Part shown: piece by piece, positions 47,872 through 58,495 of the stretch
Layout of the letters: each line of letters begins with the position of its first letter
How positions within the stretch are numbered: the first letter of the stretch is position 1
Source of the DNA: Candidatus Latescibacterota bacterium
Lineage (GTDB): Bacteria; Latescibacterota; UBA2968
Direction: 5' to 3'
Assembly (NCBI GenBank): GCA_965222605.1
Contig: OZ244960.1
Coordinates: forward strand, 1,024,001 to 1,088,000
DNA: 64,000 nt
The notes under the pieces: model-generated
The model's input: only the letters and a program-made list of their open reading frames with translations
Databases searched by the model: none
What the model was told of the DNA's origin: nothing
Position numbers and translations under genes: made by a program

Positions 47872-48591
47872 ATGAGGCGGCCAACAGATGCTGAACGACA
47901 GGAGTGGAAAGCCAACGGAGTGTTGTTTTTAGAAAATGCAATTGTGGGGGAAGACCTATCGCGGTTGCAGGCAAAGTTTGATCGGTGTACCGCCGAGGCC
48001 AGGCGCGAATGGTTGGAGGGAATAGCAAAAGGCACGCGTCCTGCTGCCCATTTTGATATTCCAAAGCCATTGGAAAAGGACGACGTATTTATCGACCTGA
48101 TCGATGATCCGGGCTGGTACGGGTTTTTGATGGATTTTGCCGATGAAGATTTGATCCTGCTCGCGCCGCAAGTGCGAACCCTGCCGGTATCACCCATCAG
48201 TTATGTGGGTTGGCATCCGGACGTGCCGCATACGACACCGCTCCACATGAAAGTACAGATTTATATTGAGGATGTCCCGGCCGACGGCGGTGCATTTGGA
48301 TATGTACCGGGCAGCCATAAACCCAATGCCGGAGCGTGTCCAGTGGTTCGTCCGCTCGATTCAATGCCGGGGCACAAAGTGTATCCCGGCAAAGCGGGCG
48401 ATGCGGTATTATTCAATTCTTATGGGTGGCATACCTCAATGGTCAATCGCACCTTAAAGCCGCGCAAGTCGATTATCCTCATCTATGAAAAGTGGAGCAA
48501 GGACCGCATATCGACCGATCAATTTGCAACGATTGCACATAAATGCACAACGCCAGACCGGAGACGGTTATTTAGTCTGGATGAGAGATGA
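47872..48591 (+). CDS. PhyH family Fe/2OG dioxygenase
   Basis: WHPD, YVPGSHK, KAGDAVLFNSYGWH; SD AGGAGG. Confidence 0.85.
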   Translation: MRRPTDAERQEWKANGVLFLENAIVGEDLSRLQAKFDRCTAEARREWLEGIAKGTRPAAHFDIPKPLEKDDVFIDLIDDPGWYGFLMDFADEDLILLAPQVRTLPVSPISYVGWHPDVPHTTPLHMKVQIYIEDVPADGGAFGYVPGSHKPNAGACPVVRPLDSMPGHKVYPGKAGDAVLFNSYGWHTSMVNRTLKPRKSIILIYEKWSKDRISTDQFATIAHKCTTPDRRRLFSLDER

Positions 48592-48595
48592 TAGC

Positions 48596-49498
48596 ATGCC
48601 AATTATTGACTCACACCTGCATGTATTTGAAAAACTGTCGGATGAATTTCCCCGCGAGGTAAATGACCAGTGTCCCGCAGACAGGGCAGAGACAGCGGAA
48701 AAATTGCTGGAAGTCATGGCGGCAAATGGCGTCGATCAGGCGGTATTGACACAGATCGGTGGTACACAATTGGCGCACCACCGGTACTTACAGCATTGTT
48801 TAAAGACCTATCCCAACCGCTTCCGGGGGATCGGGTTGATTCCTCGGGATGAATGGGACGCGCCAGAAGACCACATGGATCGACTAACTGAGAACGGGGA
48901 TATTATCGGCTTTAGGATTAACGAAATTGGCGGGCCTGCCGATCCCCTATCCCACATGGATGTACGGACATTTACTTCGTATCGCATCTGGAAACACGCG
49001 GCTAAAAAAAATTACGTGATGTGGCTGTATATTCGGGCGAAAGACGCGCACCAGGTCGCCTTTATGGTTCAGGCATTTCCCGAAATTCGCGCCGTGTTTA
49101 ACCATCTGATGATCTGTCCAGGCGAGGGGATGTTTTCGTGGGATGACGAAGGCCGCCCGCACATCAATACCCCTATACCGCCGCTAACGCGCTACTCGAT
49201 GCTGGGCTTGCACGAATACCCAAATATCTGCGTACATCTATCGGGACAATATGCGTTTAGCCAGGAAACATGGCCCTATCGCGATTTGGAGGGGTGGCAC
49301 AAAACACTGCTTTCCAAGTTCGGCGCAGACAAATTGATGTGGGCGACGGATTTTCCATGGATTTTGGAAGATCCAGGATATGATAAGCTGGTACAGGTAA
49401 TCGATGAATTATTGCCAGATTTGAGCGCGCAGCAAAAAACAGAAATTATGGGGAGAACGGCAAAACGGGTTTTGGGCTTTCCCGACGTGGCGGAGTGA
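48596..49498 (+). CDS. Amidohydrolase_2 family (lactonase-like)
   Basis: IIDSHLHVF, NHL, FGADKLMWATDFP. Confidence 0.85.
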   Translation: MPIIDSHLHVFEKLSDEFPREVNDQCPADRAETAEKLLEVMAANGVDQAVLTQIGGTQLAHHRYLQHCLKTYPNRFRGIGLIPRDEWDAPEDHMDRLTENGDIIGFRINEIGGPADPLSHMDVRTFTSYRIWKHAAKKNYVMWLYIRAKDAHQVAFMVQAFPEIRAVFNHLMICPGEGMFSWDDEGRPHINTPIPPLTRYSMLGLHEYPNICVHLSGQYAFSQETWPYRDLEGWHKTLLSKFGADKLMWATDFPWILEDPGYDKLVQVIDELLPDLSAQQKTEIMGRTAKRVLGFPDVAE

Positions 49499-51527
49499 CC
49501 CTTTTGAAATTGCCCTTGTATTGTTCGAGGGCCTCCAGTGCCTTGTTATTGGGATGGGGATATATGTCGCGAGATTTCCCAAAAGACGCGACAGCGGCCA
49601 CCCTCTGACCCTGTTTTTGCAGCAGGCTTCCCTTCAAGTAGTATAGCCGCGCCAGGGTTTGCTTTTTTAATGCCTCGTGTTTGAGGGTCTCCGCCCTATC
49701 TAACCATGCCGCGATTTGTTCCCAGTGTGAGCTATTCCCGTTCTCTATCATTGTGGTAGCTATGCCGATGAGACAGGCGTAACTTCTCTCTGAGAGGCGG
49801 AACAATTCCTGCATTGAATTGAGAAGCCCCGGATCGCCTGAAAAATAAATCAAACCCAAATATCGCCCGTACTGGAACAACAATCCGTTTCGCCGCACGC
49901 GTTCCCAGCGATCAATGGGTTGTCGCGCGATAAGTTGCGCGAAGTACTCCTCACCGCGCGGATGGCGTTTTAGTTCTATGGTACCCGGCTTGCCATCTTT
50001 AACCGCCTCCATGAGAAAACCATAGATCCGTCCCTGGCGATCGGGAAAAATATCGAAATCCATGGGAAAAAAGAGGGCGCGGTCGGTCGAATCGGTGAAT
50101 TGTTCCAAGACCTCCTTTTTCTTTTCTTTCGGTAAAAATGGATCGTAGAGGCGTTTGCCATATACGAGTCCCTGAAGATTGTACAGGGCGACATCTGGAC
50201 GGCGGTTCTCGATGTATTGATAATAACCCATCGGCCCGGTTGCATCGCCGAATACGAACAGGACCGCGTCTTCTGGCAGAATATCCAATTGCATGTCCGC
50301 ATAGTGCTCGGCAAAGTCGCTATCGGATCGATCATTGGCCCGCCAGTGTTCATGCACCGACCACGCAACCATCGCCGCGCCCACCAGGGCTGCCATACCA
50401 ATTTTGAGTCCCGGCCCATGGACAGATTTGGACGACAACCATTCTGCCAGCCAGTCGAACACAACCTGCAATCCAATACCCAGCCATAAGGCCGCTATAC
50501 CGTAACACAACAGAGAATAGGGGCGAAAGATCGCGACCCAGAAAAAGTCAAAATCGAAACCCAGCAGGGCGATCAGCACGATGCTATTGCCCAAAAATAC
50601 CAGCAATCCCGAACCCGCTTTTGCGATCTGCCGCCGCCGAAACAGCACGATCAGGCCCAACACGGCAAGTGCAAAGCCCGGCAGCGTCAATTGCCACAAA
50701 AATTCGTTGCCCAGCCATTGCATGAACCCGAACCGGTCATTCCATCCCGCGCTGGGGCTGGCATCTATATGGACATAGCCCTGCCGACTGAAATAGTGCC
50801 AAAATTCTTTCAACGTATCGATAGAACCGTAAAAATTGATCAGAGGATCCCGATGCGACCGCCAGACCATCCACGCATAAGGCAAGACCGCACTCGGCAG
50901 GGAAACCCCCAAAAGCAACGGCAGTTTCCGATACACAGTGCGCCAAATGGGCAAGATCAATAGCATCAAACCCGGCGTTGAAAGCACCATCAGCGGCCAG
51001 TGATTGGTCAAACCCAATCCATAAGCCACAGCCGCGGCAATCCAGATACCAGTGCGGTGCGGCTGGCGGATGCCGTACAAAAGTAGTGCGTAGAGGAGAA
51101 AAAAGAACAGTGCATTGAGTGCATAAACCTCGGCGATAATAGCCTGAGACCAGAAATGCTCAGAAGCGGCAAATAGCCATGTAGCAGTCAGGGCGGGAAT
51201 TGGCGATGCACCCAACAGGCGGGCACACACATAAACGCAGCCGCAGGCAAACGCGCCCAATACCGCACTGGACAAATGGCCGAGGAAGGCAACACTGCCA
51301 AAGGGCAATTGGGTGAACAGATAGACAATAAGGGTATAGAGCGGATAGCCCGGCGGATGGGCCACACCGAGATGCGCGCCAGCCATGAGAAACAAGCCAT
51401 CGTCTTCCAAAACAACAGTGCGCGGCATCGTGAGCACATAAAGCACGAGTGGACCGACCGATGCGGCCAACGCGATCCCGTCGCGCAAGGGCTTAAAGGC
51501 TTCAATTTGGGCATCCACGCGATTCAT
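49446..51527 (-). CDS. DUF2723 (TMEM260-like) GT-C glycosyltransferase with C-terminal TPR
   Basis: LEDDG, GVAHPPGYPLY, SQAIIAEVYALN, GLTNHW; many TM helices. Confidence 0.82.
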   Translation of the reverse strand: MNRVDAQIEAFKPLRDGIALAASVGPLVLYVLTMPRTVVLEDDGLFLMAGAHLGVAHPPGYPLYTLIVYLFTQLPFGSVAFLGHLSSAVLGAFACGCVYVCARLLGASPIPALTATWLFAASEHFWSQAIIAEVYALNALFFFLLYALLLYGIRQPHRTGIWIAAAVAYGLGLTNHWPLMVLSTPGLMLLILPIWRTVYRKLPLLLGVSLPSAVLPYAWMVWRSHRDPLINFYGSIDTLKEFWHYFSRQGYVHIDASPSAGWNDRFGFMQWLGNEFLWQLTLPGFALAVLGLIVLFRRRQIAKAGSGLLVFLGNSIVLIALLGFDFDFFWVAIFRPYSLLCYGIAALWLGIGLQVVFDWLAEWLSSKSVHGPGLKIGMAALVGAAMVAWSVHEHWRANDRSDSDFAEHYADMQLDILPEDAVLFVFGDATGPMGYYQYIENRRPDVALYNLQGLVYGKRLYDPFLPKEKKKEVLEQFTDSTDRALFFPMDFDIFPDRQGRIYGFLMEAVKDGKPGTIELKRHPRGEEYFAQLIARQPIDRWERVRRNGLLFQYGRYLGLIYFSGDPGLLNSMQELFRLSERSYACLIGIATTMIENGNSSHWEQIAAWLDRAETLKHEALKKQTLARLYYLKGSLLQKQGQRVAAVASFGKSRDIYPHPNNKALEALEQYKGNFKRVTPPRRESPKPVLPFSP

Positions 51528-51946
51528 TGCTTACCTTCCTCCTTGTCTTCTGCCCGCCCGTTTGTCACCTCGCGAAACGTCCAGAGGGAATTGATGAAAT
51601 AGTTGAATAATGTGGCAGGGGCAATCGCGCACCCCTGCAAAATGACCGATTGTACCGCTGGAAAAAGGAAGGAAAGCAAGACAAACGTGCCATAACTCAG
51701 CATGAGCGTCACCAGTGAAACGAGGTTGTACTTCAACCCCCGAACACGCTTTTTACCCGCCAGTGCGCGATCGCGGAAAGTCCAGTAGTTATTGAGCAAA
51801 AAGTTCGAGATAATCGACAGCTCAATTGCAATTGGTGATGCCAGCAACTTGTGCACACCGAGATTGAGCAAGAGCTGAAACGAACCGAGATTGACAAATA
51901 CCCCCGAGAAACCCGTGAGGGCAAATTTGATAAATGTCTGAGACAT
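51524..51946 (-). CDS. GtrA family protein
   Basis: FIKFALTGFSGVFVN, SNFLLNNYWTF, NYFINSLWTF; four TM helices. Confidence 0.85.
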   Translation of the reverse strand: MSQTFIKFALTGFSGVFVNLGSFQLLLNLGVHKLLASPIAIELSIISNFLLNNYWTFRDRALAGKKRVRGLKYNLVSLVTLMLSYGTFVLLSFLFPAVQSVILQGCAIAPATLFNYFINSLWTFREVTNGRAEDKEEGKQ

Positions 51947-52085
51947 AAATTTTCCGGTAAATTGGATTTTCAACTGATCAAATTAACAACGCACGCTCGA
52001 GAAATCAAGCGCGAAACTAAAAAAATCCTCTCGTGCATTCGTCCATATCAGAATACACAGACGATTTGACACGGTTTGCCCAATA

Positions 52086-52967
52086 GTGAAACGAGTCGCT
52101 AAAATTTTGCTCCTCTCCATATTGTTGTTCACTGCACTATGTGTTGTGCTATCCATCTGGAGGAAACCGATGCCCGATCATCCTTTTTTAAAAAAAAACG
52201 CGAGTGTTGAAGTGATTGCACACCGAGGGGGATGGCGGTTGTGGCCCGAAAATACGCTATATGCTTTTCAACACGCAGTAGATCTCGGCGTGGATATGCT
52301 GGAAATGGATATTCGCAGTACAAAAGACGGCCATATCGTGGTTTTTCACGATGAGATCGTGACGCGCACGACCAATGGCAGCGCGAGTGTGAATGATTTG
52401 ACCCTTGCAGAATTAAAACAGTTAGATGCAGGATACAAATGGTCGGCGGATAATGGCGCGACTTTTCCCTTTCGCGGAAAAGGAATTGTACCCCCAACGC
52501 TGGACGAAGTCTTTGCGTCTTTTCCGAACATGCGAATGACCATTGAAATCAAGCAGAAAGAGCCGGATATTGTCGCGGCATTTGGCAACTTGATTCGCCA
52601 CCATGGAATGCAGCACCGCGTGCTGGTCGCGTGTTTTGACACCGGGACATTGAAGCGTTTTCGCAAGCAGTTCCCCGAAGTTGCAACATCGCCGGGAATG
52701 ACGGAAGGAATGATTTTTTACGCCCTGTGCTGGTTGCACCTGAGCGCGGTTTATCAACCCAATGTCGAGGTATTGCAGTTTCCACTAAAAATGGGACCAA
52801 TAAACGGTATCCATCCACGCCTTTTATCTGGCGCGCGCAAAAACAATATACAAGTGCAAATATGGACTGTGGATGACGAAGCGAAAATGCGAATGCTGAT
52901 TGAAAGCGGTGTAAATGGCATCATCACCCGCCGGCCAGATCGCCTGTTAAAAATACTCGGGAGATAA
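52086..52967 (+). CDS. Glycerophosphodiester phosphodiesterase
   Basis: IAHRGG, PENTLYAF, EMDIRSTKDG, HD, WTVDD. Confidence 0.92.
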   Translation: MKRVAKILLLSILLFTALCVVLSIWRKPMPDHPFLKKNASVEVIAHRGGWRLWPENTLYAFQHAVDLGVDMLEMDIRSTKDGHIVVFHDEIVTRTTNGSASVNDLTLAELKQLDAGYKWSADNGATFPFRGKGIVPPTLDEVFASFPNMRMTIEIKQKEPDIVAAFGNLIRHHGMQHRVLVACFDTGTLKRFRKQFPEVATSPGMTEGMIFYALCWLHLSAVYQPNVEVLQFPLKMGPINGIHPRLLSGARKNNIQVQIWTVDDEAKMRMLIESGVNGIITRRPDRLLKILGR

Positions 52968-52991
52968 CCTTTCACAAAAGGAATAAATACT

Positions 52992-54455
52992 ATGTCTGAA
53001 CAAATCAATTTGCTTTTTATATTAACAGACGACCAGGGATATTGGGCGATGGGATGTGCTGGTAATTCGGAAATTCGCACGCCGAATCTGGATCGATTGG
53101 CCGCAACGGGATTGCGCTTTGAGAATTTCTTTTGCGCGTCGCCGGTCTGCTCGCCAGCTCGGGCTTCCATCTTGACGGGCCGCATTCCATCTCAACACGG
53201 CGTACAGGATTTCTTGCGCGCGGGCAATTCAAATATCTACGGCGCAGATGATCGGGCTATCGAATATCTATCGGGACAAACAGCATATACAGATATCCTA
53301 TCTGAACGGGGTTACACGTGTGGTTTAAGTGGCAAATGGCATCTGGGCTATTCGGAAAAACCGCAAAAGAGTTTTGCGTTTTGGGATGTTCACGCAAGTG
53401 GCGCGGGACCGTATTACAATCCCCCGATGATTCGCGGCGGCAAAGCGTATCAACCATCGGATTATGTGAGCGATCTGATTACAGATAATGCGTTGGAATT
53501 TTTGGAGACCCAAAAGGGTGTAGATCAACCATTCTGTTTGAATGTCCACTACACAGCACCTCACGCGCCCTGGGGACGCGAACACCATCCGCCCGAGTTA
53601 TTCGAAGATTATTATCAAAATTGTCCTTTTGGATCAACGCCTGACGAACCCATGCATCCGCAGCAGCTATCAAAGACAGGATCATCGGGATCTTTGGGAT
53701 TCACGAAAGAAGAGCGCAAAGAAACACTCAGCGGATATTTTGCCGCAATGACCGCAATGGACGCCAACGTAGGCAGATTGTTGGATTGGCTGGAAGCCAA
53801 TGGGTTGCGGGAAAATACACTCATCGCATTTACAAGCGACAATGGGATGAACATGGGACATCACGGGATTTACGGCAAAGGCAATGGGACATTTCCTCCG
53901 AACATGTTCGACACCTCGGTAAAGGTCCCCATGCTCATCTCGCGTCCAGGTCATGTTCCCCAGGGTGAGGTTATTTCTTCACTACACAGCCATTACGACA
54001 TCATGCCGACCTTGCTGGACTATCTCAACGTAGAAAATCCCGACTCTGACTCCCTTCCCGGGCGCAGCTTTTCCGCGTTGTTAGAAGGGCGAGAAATAGG
54101 GGGCGACGACCAGGTGGTTGTATTTGACGAATACGGTCCCACGCGGATGATCCGCACCGTGGAATGGAAGTACGTCCATCGCTATCCCTATGGTCCTCAT
54201 GAACTTTACGATCTGATAAACGACCCAGATGAACGGCAAAATCTGATTGCAGAACAAAAACATCAATCAATCCGGGAATCGCTACAGGCTGACCTGGATG
54301 CGTGGTTTGCGCGCTATGCCGATCCCCAGCGGGATGGCTCGCGCGAAGCCGTGATGGGCAGAGGACAATTGGATATTGTTGGACCTGCAGCAAAGGGGCG
54401 AAAGCGATTTGGCGACGATGTCGTTTTTGAGCGCGATAACAAACGGAGACCTTAA
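52992..54455 (+). CDS. Cys-type sulfatase, paralog of 42814-44187
   Basis: LTDDQG, CSPARASILTG, GKWHLG, SDNG. Confidence 0.93.
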   Translation: MSEQINLLFILTDDQGYWAMGCAGNSEIRTPNLDRLAATGLRFENFFCASPVCSPARASILTGRIPSQHGVQDFLRAGNSNIYGADDRAIEYLSGQTAYTDILSERGYTCGLSGKWHLGYSEKPQKSFAFWDVHASGAGPYYNPPMIRGGKAYQPSDYVSDLITDNALEFLETQKGVDQPFCLNVHYTAPHAPWGREHHPPELFEDYYQNCPFGSTPDEPMHPQQLSKTGSSGSLGFTKEERKETLSGYFAAMTAMDANVGRLLDWLEANGLRENTLIAFTSDNGMNMGHHGIYGKGNGTFPPNMFDTSVKVPMLISRPGHVPQGEVISSLHSHYDIMPTLLDYLNVENPDSDSLPGRSFSALLEGREIGGDDQVVVFDEYGPTRMIRTVEWKYVHRYPYGPHELYDLINDPDERQNLIAEQKHQSIRESLQADLDAWFARYADPQRDGSREAVMGRGQLDIVGPAAKGRKRFGDDVVFERDNKRRP

Positions 54456-54457
54456 CA

Positions 54458-55591
54458 ATGACCGATCTACTTTCAGAACGCATTGTACGCATTGAAAAAG
54501 TAATGTTAAAAAGTCCGCGTCCGCGCTTTGTGGGCGTAAATTCCAAAGGTGGCCCCATAGGCGATATGGTTACGGATCTCGTCGTTCGCATCCATACAGA
54601 GAGCGGGACTATTGGCGTTGGCTGGTCGCGCATAAATCGCGCACAGGCCGAACAATTTTTGGGAAGACAATTGAATGAACTCTTTGCATTGCCCACGGGC
54701 TGTTTGGAAGCAGGTGAAAGCATCGACTTGCCGCTATGGGATCTGGTGGCAAAACTCTCGGATCTGCCATTGTACAAACTGCTGGGCGCGCGCGGTTCGC
54801 GGGAAGTGGAACTCTATGACGGATCGGTCTATATCGACGACCTGGAAGCAGATGACGACGAAGCAGTGGCAATTTTTCAGAAAGAAGTAAAAACCGGACA
54901 GGAATACGGATTCAAAAATTTTAAAATAAAAATTGGACGCGGGGCAAAGTGGATGCCAATTATGGAAGGCCTGGAACGGGATGTGCTGGTCATTCAAACA
55001 ATTCGAGAAGCAGCGGGACCAGACGCCAAAATTCTCGTTGATGCCAACAACGGAACAACGCTGAATATTGCCCAGGAAATTCTCAAACGGTGTGAAGCCG
55101 TGGGGATTTACTGGTTCGAGGAAGCCTTTCACGAGGAACGGGGATTCTCCGAACCCTTCAAGGCATTTATCCAGGCCTCCGGTTATGACACTTATATCGC
55201 AGATGGCGAATCTGGCCCACCACCGCCTACTTTTTTTGACATGGTAAAACGCGGCTGGATTGATATTGTGCAACACGATTTTCGCGCCAAAGGATTGACC
55301 TGGTGGAAAGCGACTGCAGATATGATCGCACCCTGGGGTGCCCAATGTGCCCCGCATTGCTGGGGCAGTATTATCGAGCGTTATGCACACGCACATTTTG
55401 CCGCTTCGATTCCAAATTTTTGTCTATTAGAAACAGCCCCGGCAGATACGCAGGGCATAGTGCTCGATGGTTGGAAATTTCGAGACGGCTACCTCATTGT
55501 GCCAGATACACCGGGAACGGGATTTGACCTCGCGCCTGAAACAATCGCACGGGGAATACGCGAAGAGGGTGGATTTTGCATTTCCGTTTAA
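54458..55591 (+). CDS. Mandelate racemase/enolase superfamily protein
   Basis: LWDLVAK..PLYKLLG, KIKIG, VDAN, WFEE, DGES, PGTG. Confidence 0.85.
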   Translation: MTDLLSERIVRIEKVMLKSPRPRFVGVNSKGGPIGDMVTDLVVRIHTESGTIGVGWSRINRAQAEQFLGRQLNELFALPTGCLEAGESIDLPLWDLVAKLSDLPLYKLLGARGSREVELYDGSVYIDDLEADDDEAVAIFQKEVKTGQEYGFKNFKIKIGRGAKWMPIMEGLERDVLVIQTIREAAGPDAKILVDANNGTTLNIAQEILKRCEAVGIYWFEEAFHEERGFSEPFKAFIQASGYDTYIADGESGPPPPTFFDMVKRGWIDIVQHDFRAKGLTWWKATADMIAPWGAQCAPHCWGSIIERYAHAHFAASIPNFCLLETAPADTQGIVLDGWKFRDGYLIVPDTPGTGFDLAPETIARGIREEGGFCISV

Positions 55592-55602
55592 AAAAGGATA
55601 AC

Positions 55603-56709
55603 ATGATGAATAACACACTTGGATTAGCCCAGCCCCAGGATGTCGGCATGTCTGCCGACCAACTCAAACGAGCCTTTGGCCTGCTCACAACCGCTACAGA
55701 AGCCGGGCAAATTGGCGCGGCCTCGCTGACGGTTACACGGCACGGCAAGGAAGTCTTTGCCCGAGGATGCGGGCAACAGCACCCTCGCACAGGCCAGCCG
55801 GTCGATGCAGATTCAATATTTCTCCTCGCCTCAATCACCAAACCGGTCACGGCCTGCGCGCTGATGATACTCGTAGATCGGGGTCTGATCTCACTCAACG
55901 ATTCGGCCATCAATTATCTACCCGAATGCACCGGCGGTGATCGTCCCGCCGTCAAAGTGCGCCATTTGCTCTCGCATATATCCGGCATGCCCGACATGCT
56001 GCCCGAAAACACCAGCTTGCGACAGGCGCACACGCCCGTGGCGGGCTTCGTCGAGCGGGCACTTCAGACGCCTCTACTCTACAAACCGGGAACCGATTTT
56101 TGCTACCAGAGCATGGGCATCCTGCTCGCAGCCGAAATTGTCGAGCGAGTCAGCGGGCAGCGATTGCGCGACTTCGAGCGCGAGGAAATCTTCGCGCCGT
56201 TGGGAATGGCGCGCAGCGCATTGGGAATGGGCAATTGGACACTTGATGACGCGGTGTGGTGCGGAACGGACGCCGAAGAGGACGAGGAGCAACAGAGCTG
56301 GGGTTGGAACTCCCCGTACTGGCGCGACTTTGGGGCGCCGTGGGGCGGCATGCACAGCACCGGGCGCGATCTGGCGATCCTTCTGCAAACCATGCTCAAC
56401 GGCGGCACTTACGGCAATCGGCGCATCTTCAGCCGCGCCGCAGTCGCGACAATGACACGAGATCAAAACGGGGCACTCCATGCGCCCTGGGGAATCGGTT
56501 GGGGTGTATCCGGAGCAAGGGTATGGGGCTTTTGGGGCGATCTGGTATCGCAGCGAACCTTCGGACACACCGGGGCAACCGGCACAGTAGCGTGGGCAGA
56601 CGCAGCGCGTCAGCTCAGTTGCGTCGTGCTCACCAACCAGATGGTCGCCGAGGGAAGCCTTCTGCGACGGGTTTCCAACGCGGTCGCAGCAGCAGTGGAA
56701 GAAGAGTAG
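55603..56709 (+). CDS. Serine hydrolase, beta-lactamase class C-like fold
   Basis: ASITK (SxxK), LLSHISG, YQS, FGHTGATGT. Confidence 0.87.
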   Translation: MMNNTLGLAQPQDVGMSADQLKRAFGLLTTATEAGQIGAASLTVTRHGKEVFARGCGQQHPRTGQPVDADSIFLLASITKPVTACALMILVDRGLISLNDSAINYLPECTGGDRPAVKVRHLLSHISGMPDMLPENTSLRQAHTPVAGFVERALQTPLLYKPGTDFCYQSMGILLAAEIVERVSGQRLRDFEREEIFAPLGMARSALGMGNWTLDDAVWCGTDAEEDEEQQSWGWNSPYWRDFGAPWGGMHSTGRDLAILLQTMLNGGTYGNRRIFSRAAVATMTRDQNGALHAPWGIGWGVSGARVWGFWGDLVSQRTFGHTGATGTVAWADAARQLSCVVLTNQMVAEGSLLRRVSNAVAAAVEEE

Positions 56710-56741
56710 TTTTCAGCTATACACCATACCAAGGAGACATT

Positions 56742-58463
56742 ATGAACACCGCAGCAAAAACTCGACAGACCAGACGCGACCGCGAGCGCATTGCATGGTG
56801 GGAAGAAGCGCGGTTTGGCATGTTCATTCACTGGGGCCTGTACGCGATTCCCGCGGGCAAATGGAAAGGTAAAGCCATTGAGGGCATTGGAGAATGGATT
56901 ATGCGCCGAGCAGAAATTCCAGCCGCGGAATACGAACAACTCGCCTCAAAATTCAATCCGGTAAAATTCGACGCCGATGCGGTTGCCAAACTCGCGCGAG
57001 ATGCGGGTATGAAATACCTCGTTATCACAGCCAAACACCACGACGGCTTTGCCATGTATGACTCCCCGTGCAGCGACTACGACATCACCGATGCCACGCC
57101 TTATGGCAAAGATATTATGGCAGGCCTCTCCAAAGCCTGCCAAAAATACGGTATTCGCCTTTGCTTCTACTATTCTCAAGATCAGGACTGGCACGACCCC
57201 AATGCCTCGGGGAACAACTGGGATTTTGACCCTGCGACAAAAGACTTCGCCTATTATCTCGAAAACAAAGTCAAACCTCAGGTGCGCGAATTGCTCACAC
57301 AATACGGGCCTATCGGCCTGATATGGTTCGACACCCCCGTCTCCATTTCCCTGGAACAGAGCCAATCGCTCTCCCGTCTCGTCCACGGTTTGCAACCCGA
57401 CTGTCTCGTCAGTGGTCGCGTGGGCAACGGCGTGGGAGACTACGGCAGCCTGGGCGACAACCAGATCCCCACCGGTCGCCTCGAAGGCTACTGGGAGACA
57501 CCCGCCACCCTCAACGATACCTGGGGCTATAAAACCGATGACCACAACTGGAAAAGCGTAAAAACACTGCTCCACCTTCTCGTTGACCTCGCCAGCAAAG
57601 GCGTCAACTACCTGCTCAACATCGGGCCGCGTGCCGATGGCAGCGTACCTATGCCCAGTATCAATCGCCTTCTCGCCATTGGCGAATGGATGAAAACCAA
57701 CGGCGAAGCGATCTACGGCAGCAAAGCCACGCCATATCCCTATGAATTTCCCTGGGGCGGCATCACGCAAAAAGACAACCGCCTCTACTTGCTCTTTACC
57801 ACATGGCCCGGCGAGGATTTCACCCTTCTCGGCCTGCGCAACCGCGTTGCAAAGGCAACCTTGCTCGCCGACCAAAGTGCGCACATCGACATTTCTCAAA
57901 CCCGCGAGAACGATTGCGATATTCTAAAATTGCGCCTGCCCGAATGCCCCGACCCAAATGTCTCAGTCGTCGCCCTCGATCTCGATGGCGCACCCGATGT
58001 CGATCAAACCGCCCTCCAGCAAACCGATGGCTCTATCACCATGATCGCCAGCATGGCAAACTTTAACTCGCCCGAATCGGGACCGCAAATCCGCATTGGC
58101 GAAAGCGGCGTTATCGAAGACTGGTTTGACACAGCCAACTGGATCGATTGCGACTTCAAAGTTTCCGAACCCGGCACATTTGAAGTCCGCGTTCACACCA
58201 GCGCGCTCCGCCGCGCCCGCGAATGGACAGGCGGCCATGAAGTGCGCGTTGATATTGCGGGCAGTACATTCCGCAAAACCATCACACCCGATGCCTGGAG
58301 CGACAGCCCCAAAGCGCAGTATTTCCCCGAAGCCGCAACCATTATCGGTCATGTCCAGCTCGACAAACCCGGTGTTTACACCATCGAAGTCCGCGCCGAA
58401 TCCATCAACAGACAATCCCGAGCCGGATTGTCTGTCTCAGCCATTTCCTTGATGCGCCAATAG
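56742..58463 (+). CDS. alpha-L-fucosidase (GH29) with a C-terminal accessory domain
   Basis: ARFGMFIHWG, TAKHHDGF, IWFDTP, NYLLNIGP, NGEAIYG; SD AAGGAG. Confidence 0.93.
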   Translation: MNTAAKTRQTRRDRERIAWWEEARFGMFIHWGLYAIPAGKWKGKAIEGIGEWIMRRAEIPAAEYEQLASKFNPVKFDADAVAKLARDAGMKYLVITAKHHDGFAMYDSPCSDYDITDATPYGKDIMAGLSKACQKYGIRLCFYYSQDQDWHDPNASGNNWDFDPATKDFAYYLENKVKPQVRELLTQYGPIGLIWFDTPVSISLEQSQSLSRLVHGLQPDCLVSGRVGNGVGDYGSLGDNQIPTGRLEGYWETPATLNDTWGYKTDDHNWKSVKTLLHLLVDLASKGVNYLLNIGPRADGSVPMPSINRLLAIGEWMKTNGEAIYGSKATPYPYEFPWGGITQKDNRLYLLFTTWPGEDFTLLGLRNRVAKATLLADQSAHIDISQTRENDCDILKLRLPECPDPNVSVVALDLDGAPDVDQTALQQTDGSITMIASMANFNSPESGPQIRIGESGVIEDWFDTANWIDCDFKVSEPGTFEVRVHTSALRRAREWTGGHEVRVDIAGSTFRKTITPDAWSDSPKAQYFPEAATIIGHVQLDKPGVYTIEVRAESINRQSRAGLSVSAISLMRQ

Positions 58464-58495
58464 ATTGTTGTAGTATGAAAAAATAGGAGGATATT

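Noticed and set aside
55603-56709. Bona fide beta-lactamase resistance gene
   Set aside because: No signal peptide and a catabolic context; more likely an esterase or amidase with the same fold.
56256-56741. Arg-rich N-terminal extension of the fucosidase
   Set aside because: It overlaps the serine hydrolase; the SD supports ATG at 56742.
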